From: Nitrospirota bacterium
GTDB lineage: Bacteria > Nitrospirota > Nitrospiria > Nitrospirales > Nitrospiraceae
Assembly (NCBI GenBank): GCA_963703955.1
Contig: CAVPGK010000016.1
Span: 32,001 to 96,000, forward strand
Length of the DNA stretch: 64,000 nucleotides
Direction: 5' to 3'
A program made the translations under genes and the position numbers. Position 1 is the first letter of the stretch, and every line of letters starts with the position of its first letter. Shown in pieces: positions 32,031 through 40,518 of the stretch. Below the pieces are notes generated by a model. The model was not told the DNA's origin. It ran no database searches and was given only the letters and a program-made list of their open reading frames with translations.

Positions 32031-33148
32031 TCATGGCGTGAATGGTCCACCGGCAAGCGGGTGAACTGGGGCAGGGGCTGCGCCGTAGCCCTCCTGCGGG
32101 AGGATGCGGAAATGTGTGACGGCGTAAGACACGGACCGACCGACCTCGAACCGGCACTGACGAAATTCTTCCTTGTTCATTCGCGACCGGAGAATGAGGC
32201 CGGCCTCTGTTTCAATCTCGAGACGGTATGATACACCGAGAAAGTAGATATGACGCAGCCGCGCCTGCTGGCGAAAGCGGGATGGGTCATCCGAGATTTT
32301 GACATAGTAGGGTCGGAACCCGATGTGAATCCGCCGACCGTCCGGAAAGGTCTGCGCGGGAAACTCCAACGATCCTACGCGGGCGACCCCGCTCTTCACC
32401 TCGGCGTCCACAATATTCATTGACCCGATAAAGCGGGCGACGAACTCAGTGGCCGGCTCCTCATACACCTCGGCCGGCGACCCGACTTGCTCGAGCCGCC
32501 CCTTCGCAAAGACGATCAAGCGGTCCGAGACTTCCATGGCCTCCTCTTGATCGTGGGTCACAAACAGGCTGGTCACATCCAGGTCGTCGTGCAGACGGAT
32601 CAGCCACTCGCGAAGTTCTTGGCGGACCTGCGCGTCGACCGCCCCGAACGGCTCGTCCAGCAGCAACACGCTTGGACGGCAGCCCGCGCCCGCGCAATCG
32701 CGACCCGTTGGCGCTGCCCGCCGGATAATTGATGGGGATATCGATCTCCCATTCGCTCCAGCCCCATAAGCTGCAACAAGTCCGACACACGACGCGTGGT
32801 ATCAGTCCGCGACCATTTCTTGACGGTCAACCCGAAAACGATGTTCTCATACACCGTCATGTGTTTGAACAGGGCATAGTGTTGGAAGACAAAACCGATG
32901 TTGCGCTGCTGGACGGGCAGATCGTTCACTCGAACCTGATCGATAAAGATGTCGCCGGAGGTCGGTGTTTCAAGTCCGGCGATGATCCGAAGGACCGTGG
33001 TTTTGCCGCTGCCGCTGGGACCCAGGAGCCCGAGCAACTCGCCTTCCGTGACGCAGAAGGAGACGTTCGACACGGCGTCCACCGACCCGAAGCGTTTCGA
33101 GAGATTTCGGACCTCGATCTTCACACCGCGTCGCCCGACGTCACTCAT
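32031..33148 (-). CDS. cysA: Sulfate ABC transporter ATPase, frameshifted near 32680
   Basis: [45 protein letters not shown]. Confidence 0.9.
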
Positions 33149-33150
33149 GG

Positions 33151-33957
33151 CTAGGCTCCTACCCGCGAGACCCCGGCGGTCCGGGTCTTGGCCAGCTCAA
33201 GCACAATAAGGATCAGAAAGGAAGCGGCCAGCAACGATGCGGCGACGGCGTAAGCCCCCAGGTAGTTGAAATCAACGTAGCTCTGATAGATGTGCATTGT
33301 AGCGGTCTGGGTCAGCATGAGCACATTGCCCGAGACCACAAGAATTGCGCCGAATTCGCCGATCGACCGTGCGACGGTCAGCGTGGCGCCATACACCAGC
33401 CCCCAGCGGATTGCCGGCAGGGTCACTTTGAGAAAGACGTACCACTCACTCGCGCCCAGGGTTCGCGCCGCTTCTTCCGCTTCCGTGCCGATGGTCTGCA
33501 AGACCGGCGTCAACTCGCGTACGACGAAGGGAAACGTGACGAAGAGCGTCACGAGAATCATGGCCGGCATGGCATACAGGACTTTGATATCGGCCTCGCC
33601 GAAGAACGTCCCCAGAATTGTGCCAGGACCGAATAGCAGGATGAGCATGAACCCCGTGATGACCGGCGACACGGCGAACGGCAAATCGATGAGCCCGCTC
33701 ATTACGGTCTGGCCCATAAACCGCTGTCGGACGAGAACCAGCGCGGTCACCGTCCCGAAGATGACATTGACGATGAGAACGATGGAGGTGATCTGAGCGG
33801 TCAGCTTGAACCCATGCAGGGCTTCGGGACGAGTGACTTCGGTCCAGAAGACCGTCACTCCCTCGCCGAATGCCTGCGCGCAGAGGTAGGCAATGGGACC
33901 GATGAGCAGTCCGATGAAATACACCCACACAATGGCGATCAACATTCGACGAATCAT
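33151..33957 (-). CDS. cysW: Sulfate ABC transporter permease
   Basis: DLPFAVSPV, EEAARTLGAS, GEFGA..VVSG. Confidence 0.9.
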   Translation of the reverse strand: MIRRMLIAIVWVYFIGLLIGPIAYLCAQAFGEGVTVFWTEVTRPEALHGFKLTAQITSIVLIVNVIFGTVTALVLVRQRFMGQTVMSGLIDLPFAVSPVITGFMLILLFGPGTILGTFFGEADIKVLYAMPAMILVTLFVTFPFVVRELTPVLQTIGTEAEEAARTLGASEWYVFLKVTLPAIRWGLVYGATLTVARSIGEFGAILVVSGNVLMLTQTATMHIYQSYVDFNYLGAYAVAASLLAASFLILIVLELAKTRTAGVSRVGA

Positions 33958-33969
33958 AATCTTTCGAGT

Positions 33970-34033
33970 TCTGAGCCTTGAGTACTGAGTTCCAAATTGG
34001 TCGGATTTGTTCTCAGACCTCAGACCTCAGCAC
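33970..34033. repeat. Heptamer tandem units in inverted arrangement (CTGAG.. / CTCAGAC)
   Basis: TCTGAGCCTTGAGTACTGAG ... CTCAGACCTCAGACCTCAGCAC at the cysT/cysW junction. Confidence 0.45.
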
Positions 34034-34861
34034 TTTTTGCCTTATGAATATCGGCAGACGCTCGCCTGGCGGCCTGGTCAACCGTTCCAAGAGCATGAGC
34101 GCAAGGAATGAAATCAGCAGGACCACGACCGAAACGGACGTCGCGCCTCGCGGGTTGTAACTTTCAATCTCACCGTACACATAAACCGCCGCGACCTGCG
34201 TTTTCATCGGGATGTTACCCGCAACGATGACCACCGAGCCGAATTCACCCAGGGCGCGGACAAAGGTCAAGAAGATCCCGGTCAACAGACCCGGCAACAC
34301 GGAGGGGACCGTGACCCGCAAAAATGCTTTCCATGGGCTTGCTCCCAGCGTGTAGGCGGCTTCTTCCTGATCCTTCTCCAGTTCAATCAAGACGGGCTGC
34401 AAGGCGCGAATAGTGAACGGCATGGTGACGAACAACATCGCCAGGATGATGCCGGGAAGATTGTAGAGAACCTCAATACCGCCTTGCTGCAACCGCGCGC
34501 CTATGGGACTAGTCGTGCCATACAGAGCTGCGATCATCAGCCCGGCCACCAGAGTGGGAATGGCAAATGGAAGATCAACCAGCGCATTTAAGAATGCGCG
34601 GCCCGCAAAGTCATAGCGCACAAGGACCCATGCGGACAGTGTCCCAAACGCGGCATTGATGAGGGTGGTCACCAACGCTGCCTGGACGGTCAAGATGAGC
34701 GCTGAGGCCGCCGCAGGCTGGCGGACATCTTCCAGAAAGCGAGCGAACCCGCCTTCCATTGAATGCGCGCTGATGGTCGCAAGCGGAAGGAGGACGAGGC
34801 AGAGCACATAGCCGATGGCGGCCGATCGTAACGCGACTCTGGCCAAAGAATGACGGCTCAT
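34013..34861 (-). CDS. cysT: Sulfate ABC transporter permease
   Basis: AWVLVRYDF.G, VDLPFAIPTLVAG, QPVL, EEAA..LGAS. Confidence 0.9.
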   Translation of the reverse strand: MSRHSLARVALRSAAIGYVLCLVLLPLATISAHSMEGGFARFLEDVRQPAAASALILTVQAALVTTLINAAFGTLSAWVLVRYDFAGRAFLNALVDLPFAIPTLVAGLMIAALYGTTSPIGARLQQGGIEVLYNLPGIILAMLFVTMPFTIRALQPVLIELEKDQEEAAYTLGASPWKAFLRVTVPSVLPGLLTGIFLTFVRALGEFGSVVIVAGNIPMKTQVAAVYVYGEIESYNPRGATSVSVVVLLISFLALMLLERLTRPPGERLPIFIRQKVLRSEV

Positions 34862-34944
34862 CGGGCGATAGCTTCGTGCAGGAGGAATAACAAGCAGGCC
34901 GAAGCGGCAACTATTAATGACGACTCGCCAAGGCCTTCTATTAT

Positions 34945-36066
34945 TTATTTTCCCGTGGCTAATTCCTCGACGGCTCGCGACCACACGCCCTGCGGTCCAA
35001 ACAAGACAGCAGCGATCTTGTCCCATCCCCCTAAGTCAGCAATGGTAAAAAGAGCCGAGGGAGTTGGATAGGACCGGACATCTTGCAGGTTCTGCGAGAC
35101 CGGCCGGAAATCCGAGTCGATGAAGGCGCGCTGCGCTTGGTCGCTGTGCAGGAAAACCACGAACGCTTCGGCCAGATCGCGGACACGATGTTTGTCGACA
35201 TGGCGATCCACGAGCGCAACTGGATTTTCGATCAGCACGGTCTGCGCAGGCAGTACCAGTTCGATGGGCCGGCCGCTCTTGATGCGAGGCAGCAGTTCAT
35301 TCTCATAGGTTACGATCACATCACCCACCCCGCGCTCGAAGGTCGTGACGGATTCCCGACCGCTTTTGTCCATCACTTTCACGTTCTTTTGAATCCGCTT
35401 GAGCAAGTCTGCAGCATATGATTCCGGGGAGCCTTGCTTCGGATCGGCCAGTTTAAGCCCGGCTCCATAGATCGCGATGATGTCCCACATCGCGCCGCCC
35501 GAGGTTTTTGGGTTGGGATACAAGACGTCGACGCCAGGCTTGGCCAGATCCTCCCACGTCTTGATGCCTTTCGGATTGCCTTTCCGGACGCCCAACGCCA
35601 CCACTGAAGCCGTGACGTTGCCCCCATGAGGACGAGAGCGCCAATCATGAGTGACGAGGCCGGCTTTCACCACCTGGTCGAGGTCACCCTGGACCGAGAG
35701 GGCAGCCACATCTGCCTCAAAACCCCCGATGATCGCCCGAGCCTGCGCCCCAGAGGCGCCATAAGAACTCCGGAAGCGGACGACCTCTCCCGTCCGTTCC
35801 TTCCAGTAACGCTGGAACGCCGGGATCAGTCGTGTTTCATAGGCCTCTTTGGGAACGCTGTACACGGCGAGCAGAAGTTCGCGAGACGCAGGGGCCTCGG
35901 CACGGCTTTTCCCCGACCACATCACGGTTCCCAGACCGAGAGCTGTGATGATCAGAATGAGAAGTGTGCTGACCCCGCCATGGCTGGCGCATGTTGTCGG
36001 GTTATCGTTCCGCACGACGGGTATGCCTCCCGGGGTGAGATAGCGCCTGCGGTGGGCGGGTGTCAT
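34945..36066 (-). CDS. sbp: Sulfate-binding periplasmic protein
   Basis: SYGASGAQARAI, GNPKGIKTWEDL, PNPKTSGGA, YENE; true start uncertain. Confidence 0.9.
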   Translation of the reverse strand: MTPAHRRRYLTPGGIPVVRNDNPTTCASHGGVSTLLILIITALGLGTVMWSGKSRAEAPASRELLLAVYSVPKEAYETRLIPAFQRYWKERTGEVVRFRSSYGASGAQARAIIGGFEADVAALSVQGDLDQVVKAGLVTHDWRSRPHGGNVTASVVALGVRKGNPKGIKTWEDLAKPGVDVLYPNPKTSGGAMWDIIAIYGAGLKLADPKQGSPESYAADLLKRIQKNVKVMDKSGRESVTTFERGVGDVIVTYENELLPRIKSGRPIELVLPAQTVLIENPVALVDRHVDKHRVRDLAEAFVVFLHSDQAQRAFIDSDFRPVSQNLQDVRSYPTPSALFTIADLGGWDKIAAVLFGPQGVWSRAVEELATGK

Positions 36067-36496
36067 TGGTCTGTTTCACAAAATCGCTGAGCCTGTAATT
36101 GTCCAGAATATCTGCGATGGCATTGCGCACATCCAACATAACCCGCTGAATAGGGCAATTCTTCGTGTCGTTGTCCGCGTAAGGGCAGTCTTCACACTTT
36201 TGGTAAGCGGTCTTGCTGACACAGGAAATGGGGGCGAGCGGGCCATCAAGGACTCGAATCACCTGACCGAGCGTGATTTCCTGGGGGGATTTGATCAGGC
36301 TGTACCCACCGCCGACGCCTCTGCGACTGGCCAAAAATCCGGCGTTCTTGAGCGAAAGTAGAATTTGCTCGAGAAACTCAATAGGAATTCGTTGACGCGC
36401 AGCGATTTCATGACGTTGAAGGAGAGACCCCCCGTATCGACCGGTGAGCTCGATCAGCGCTCGCAGCCCGTACTGGCTCTTCTTCGAGAAATTCAT
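36002..36496 (-). CDS. Rrf2-family regulator with four C-terminal Cys
   Basis: YGLRAL, FLEQILLSLK.AG...S.RG..GGY.L, DGPLAPISCVS...CEDC...C. Confidence 0.92.
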   Translation of the reverse strand: MNFSKKSQYGLRALIELTGRYGGSLLQRHEIAARQRIPIEFLEQILLSLKNAGFLASRRGVGGGYSLIKSPQEITLGQVIRVLDGPLAPISCVSKTAYQKCEDCPYADNDTKNCPIQRVMLDVRNAIADILDNYRLSDFVKQTNDTRPPQALSHPGRHTRRAER

Positions 36497-36505
36497 GGCC
36501 CGGCC

Positions 36506-36564
36506 ATTGTCAACTGAGTTACTCGACTTTTGTGACAATACCCCGACCGGTGCCTTTGCGTCAA
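36506..36564 (-). promoter_or_regulatory. Sigma-70 promoter plus Rrf2 (IscR-like) operator
   Basis: TTGACG(36564-36559)-N18-TATTGT(36540-36535); 25-mer AAAGTCGAGTAACTCAGTTGACAAT at 36530-36506. Confidence 0.65.
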
Positions 36565-36662
36565 GACAGCGATTCTTGTGAAGGAGCAGACCCGTCCATT
36601 TCGATGGAGAAACGCATTACGCGGATTGCAAAATTTCTGACGCGATCACGGTCATGATCGTC

Positions 36663-36692
36663 TTGACAGTGAATAAGATTCCTTGTTAATTT
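36663..36692 (+). promoter_or_regulatory. Sigma-70 promoter for glyQS
   Basis: TTGACA-N18-TAATTT with extended TG. Confidence 0.55.
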
Positions 36693-36749
36693 GGCATAGC
36701 TTAACTATCCTCTAGCCATCCGTCATCCCCCCAAAGTCAGGGACAATCT

Positions 36750-37664
36750 GTGACCTTTCAGGAGCTGATTCTCTCCCTTCACCGCTTTTGGGCCGACCAG
36801 GGCTGTGTGATTCATCAACCCTACGATCTCGAAATGGGAGCCGGAACCTTTCATCCGGCCACCTTCTTGAAAGCCTTGGGTCCGGAACCCTGGCGAGCCG
36901 GTTATGCCCAGCCCTGCCGTCGTCCCACTGATGGTCGATATGGGGAAAACCCCAATCGATTGCAGCACTACTATCAATATCAAGTCGTGCTCAAACCGTC
37001 TCCGGACACTATTCAAGACCTCTATCTTGAGAGTTTGGCCACCCTCGGTATCGATCCCAAAAAGCACGACATCCGATTCGTCCAGGATGACTGGGAATCG
37101 CCCACCCTGGGCGCATGGGGGCTCGGTTGGGAAGTTCGGTTAGACGGGATGGAAATTACTCAATTTACCTATTTTCAGGAAATCGGCGGCGTCGAACTGA
37201 ACCCGATTACGGTCGAGATTACCTATGGCACGGAGCGGATCGCCATGTACCTCCAACAGATCGACAATGTGTTCGATTTGCAATGGACCGACAGCGTGAC
37301 CTACGGAGATATTCATCGCCGTACTGAAGTACAATTTTCCACGTACAATTTTGAAGAAGCCGATGTCGCGATGCTGAACGCCACGTTTCAAGCCTTTGAA
37401 GCTGAATCCAGGCGACTGACTGAAAAAGGTTTGATCTTGCCGGCCTATGACTACTGCATCAAGACCTCTCATGTCTTCAATCTTCTGGATGCGCGAGGGG
37501 CGATCAGCGTCGCAGAGCGCACCAGGTATATTGCCCGGGTCCGCGCGCTCGCTCGTTTGTGCGCAGACGGTTACCTCAAGGAGCGTGAAGAACTGGGATA
37601 CCCTCTGTTAAACGAAAAGAGGCCGTTACCGCGAAAATCCGCTGCGAAATCGCACGCCTCATGA
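36750..37664 (+). CDS. glyQ: Glycine--tRNA ligase alpha subunit
   Basis: [37 protein letters not shown]. Confidence 0.98.
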   Translation: MTFQELILSLHRFWADQGCVIHQPYDLEMGAGTFHPATFLKALGPEPWRAGYAQPCRRPTDGRYGENPNRLQHYYQYQVVLKPSPDTIQDLYLESLATLGIDPKKHDIRFVQDDWESPTLGAWGLGWEVRLDGMEITQFTYFQEIGGVELNPITVEITYGTERIAMYLQQIDNVFDLQWTDSVTYGDIHRRTEVQFSTYNFEEADVAMLNATFQAFEAESRRLTEKGLILPAYDYCIKTSHVFNLLDARGAISVAERTRYIARVRALARLCADGYLKEREELGYPLLNEKRPLPRKSAAKSHAS

Positions 37665-39823
37665 CACAAGACAGGAAAGACAGGTCGCTCAAGAAGCATG
37701 CGGCCGCGCGCCCAGAGGGCAAGGAATTGCTGTTGGAGATTGGAACGGAAGAACTCCCGTACCAGTTCGTTTCGATGGCTATTACCGGACTTCGCGAAGC
37801 GGCTGAGCGGCTCTTCAAGGAACACCGGCTGACGCACGGGCCATTGCGGACGTTCGGCACTCCCCGGCGTCTCTTGCTGGTGGTCGAGTCAGTGGCGAAC
37901 CGGCAGATCGAGGCGCTGAGGGAAGTCATGGGTCCCTCCAAGACTGTGGCGTTCGATTCGGGCGGGGAAGCAACGAAGGCCGCCATGGGATTCGCCGCAT
38001 CACAAGGTGTGACGACTCAAGACCTGGAAGTGCGGTCCACTGCGAAGGGGGAGTATGTCTTTGCCGTCAAGCGCGACCCGGGTCGGTTGGCTTCGGCGGT
38101 CCTGGGCGAATTGTTGCCGGCCCTGATCGGATCACTGTCATTTCCCAAATCCATGCGGTGGAACACAGTCGGGATTCGATTCGCACGACCGATCCGATGG
38201 GTGCTTGCGCTCTACGGCGGTCGGGGTGTCGACTTTCAGGTCGGAGGATTGGCCGCAGGGAACCGGACCTGGGGGCATCGGTCCTATGGATCTTCAAAGA
38301 CCTCAAATAGACAGGGACTTCTCATCAAGGACTTCAAGTCATACGTGAGCATATTGGAGCGGTATGGCGTTGTTCCTGACCAGGACAAGAGACGCACGAT
38401 GATCCTGGCGCAACTCACCGAGCTGTCGGCCTCGACTCGCGGTGTCGTCCATCGCGACGAAGACCTCTTGGAGCAGGCCGTCTATACTGTTGAGTACCCC
38501 CACGCGATTGTGGGGACATTCCACCCGCAGTACCTATCGGTGCCGAAGGACGTCTTGATGACCGCGATGAAGGAGCATCAGGGATTTTTTTCGCTGATGA
38601 ATAAGGATGGCTCCTTGCTTCCGGCTTTCATCTCGGTCACAAACACGAAGTTACCCGACATGGGATTGATTCGTGAAGGGAATGAGCGAGTCCTGGCGGC
38701 GCGTCTCGCAGACGCGAAGTTCTTTTTCGACGAGGATCGCAAGGTCAGGCTGTTCGATCGCGTCGAAAAACTCAAAGGCGTGACCTTTCACCAGAAGCTG
38801 GGGACTCTCTACCAAAAGACCGAGCGGGTCATCAAACTGGCGGAGAAGCTGGCCGATAAGCGAGATCGCAGCACCTGTCGCCGCGCCGCACAATTGAGCA
38901 AGGCCGACTTGCTGACCGGCATTGTGGGAGAATTTCCGACCCTGCAGGGGGTGATGGGTGGAGAATACGCCCGGCATGACGGTGAGAACCCAGAGGTATG
39001 CCTCGCCATTGCCGAACAGTATTTGCCGCGGACCATGGAAAGCGAATTGCCGAAAACACTTGCGGGGACAATCCTCTCGCTGGCTGATCGACTCGACACA
39101 ATTGTCGCCTTCTTTCATGCGGGGGTCGTTCCTACCGGTTCGGAGGATCCTCTGGGGTTGAGGCGGCACGCCTTGGCTGTTGTTCGGCTCATCATTGAGG
39201 GGAATCTCAAGCTGAACGTCGCTGAGGCCACCGGTTACGCCAAAGAACTGGTCCAGAATCAAGGGTTCAAGGAAGCCGGCGTGGCCGATCCAATCGAGTT
39301 TCTGGGCGAGCGACTCCGTTATTACGGTCGCACAGTCCATGGCCTGCGGGACGATGTCATGGAGGCGTTGCTGAAGCCGGCATTGCGCACCGATCGCAGG
39401 ACACACGTCGATCTTCTGGATCTTCTAGCAAGGATGAAAGCTCTTCAGGGTATCACAGTGCGGCCGGAGTTTGATCCGCTCATGGTCGGGTTCAAGAGGG
39501 CGCACCGTATTGTGGAAAAGGAGAAGTGGTCTCGCGAGGTCGTGGACGCTGCGCTGTTCCAGCACCCCACGGAAGCGGAACTTCATAAACTGCTTGCGGA
39601 CGCCAACGGGGCAGTCCCGGCCGCCATCACCCGGGGTGAGTACGCGGGGGCCCTGAACGTATTGGTCCAGATGAAGCCGGCCATCGATGGATTTTTCTCC
39701 GGGGTGCTGGTCAACGCGGAGGACGAAGCGCTGAGGGCCAACCGCCTCTCGTTGCTCGCGGCCGTGGACCGTCTCTTTCTAAGCTTTGCCGATTTCTCTC
39801 ACATTGTCGTTCAGGGAGCCTGA
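37661..39823 (+). CDS. glyS: Glycine--tRNA ligase beta subunit
   Basis: [48 protein letters not shown]. Confidence 0.97.
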   Translation: MTQDRKDRSLKKHAAARPEGKELLLEIGTEELPYQFVSMAITGLREAAERLFKEHRLTHGPLRTFGTPRRLLLVVESVANRQIEALREVMGPSKTVAFDSGGEATKAAMGFAASQGVTTQDLEVRSTAKGEYVFAVKRDPGRLASAVLGELLPALIGSLSFPKSMRWNTVGIRFARPIRWVLALYGGRGVDFQVGGLAAGNRTWGHRSYGSSKTSNRQGLLIKDFKSYVSILERYGVVPDQDKRRTMILAQLTELSASTRGVVHRDEDLLEQAVYTVEYPHAIVGTFHPQYLSVPKDVLMTAMKEHQGFFSLMNKDGSLLPAFISVTNTKLPDMGLIREGNERVLAARLADAKFFFDEDRKVRLFDRVEKLKGVTFHQKLGTLYQKTERVIKLAEKLADKRDRSTCRRAAQLSKADLLTGIVGEFPTLQGVMGGEYARHDGENPEVCLAIAEQYLPRTMESELPKTLAGTILSLADRLDTIVAFFHAGVVPTGSEDPLGLRRHALAVVRLIIEGNLKLNVAEATGYAKELVQNQGFKEAGVADPIEFLGERLRYYGRTVHGLRDDVMEALLKPALRTDRRTHVDLLDLLARMKALQGITVRPEFDPLMVGFKRAHRIVEKEKWSREVVDAALFQHPTEAELHKLLADANGAVPAAITRGEYAGALNVLVQMKPAIDGFFSGVLVNAEDEALRANRLSLLAAVDRLFLSFADFSHIVVQGA

Positions 39824-39827
39824 TGAA

Positions 39828-40352
39828 TTGAGCGCAATTCCGGCATGGCGTGGAAACGAGGGGGAGGACCCTGAGCCGATCCCTGCTCCGACCATGGCCG
39901 AGCGGCAGGATCCTCGCGTCCGGCGCTACAGCCTGATCGTCACGCTGGCGATGATCGTCGTGTGCAATGCCATCTTTCTCCTGGGCATCCGGTGGAGCGG
40001 GGTCAATCTCGACGAATTGATTCGAACTCCGGACCTCTTCAATCCAAGGAAGGATGTCTGCCTCCGCATGACATGGCAGCAGGTTGAAGGAGACAATCGA
40101 CCCATTCAACTCTGTTCCGAATGGATCAATTTGTCGGATCCTACCGGGAACACCCATTCCTTCCAAAAGGGAACGGAGGTGGTGAAAGGAGGAGACGGGA
40201 AGCTGTACTTCGATCATGGCGTGCAAGTTGATTATCGGCTCTTTCTCTTCGGCGCGTTCGTGATAGCGGTGTTTGCATTCGGATTGCTGCTCAGGCGATA
40301 TATGATTCGCCGCTACCGGATGCGATTGGAGATGATAGCCGGCCAATCATAA
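39828..40352 (+). CDS. Two-TM hypothetical membrane protein
   Basis: Two hydrophobic helices flanking a Cys-pair loop; start could be 39828 or 39894. Confidence 0.65.
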   Translation: MSAIPAWRGNEGEDPEPIPAPTMAERQDPRVRRYSLIVTLAMIVVCNAIFLLGIRWSGVNLDELIRTPDLFNPRKDVCLRMTWQQVEGDNRPIQLCSEWINLSDPTGNTHSFQKGTEVVKGGDGKLYFDHGVQVDYRLFLFGAFVIAVFAFGLLLRRYMIRRYRMRLEMIAGQS

Positions 40353-40373
40353 GCGTTCATCGATCTAGCAGGT

Positions 40374-40497
40374 CAGGATGTTCAAAAAGGCAGCCCAGCG
40401 AGGCCGCAGCGAGTGAAAAGCCGAAGCGTACTCTTTGCAGTACGTTGAGGCTTTGAGCGATGCGAGAACAAAGCTGGAGGCCTTTTTCAACATCCTG
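40374..40497. mobile_element. MITE-like ~124 bp element
   Basis: Terminal inverted repeats CAGGATGTTCAAAAAGGC / GCCTTTTTCAACATCCTG (17/18); no transposase. Confidence 0.75.
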
Positions 40498-40518
40498 CTA
40501 ATCAAGAGGAGAGCAGTC

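Noticed and set aside
40435..40518. N-terminal extension of PPDK in the ORF track
   Set aside because: It lies mostly within the MITE; the real start is the GTG at 40519 with an RBS.
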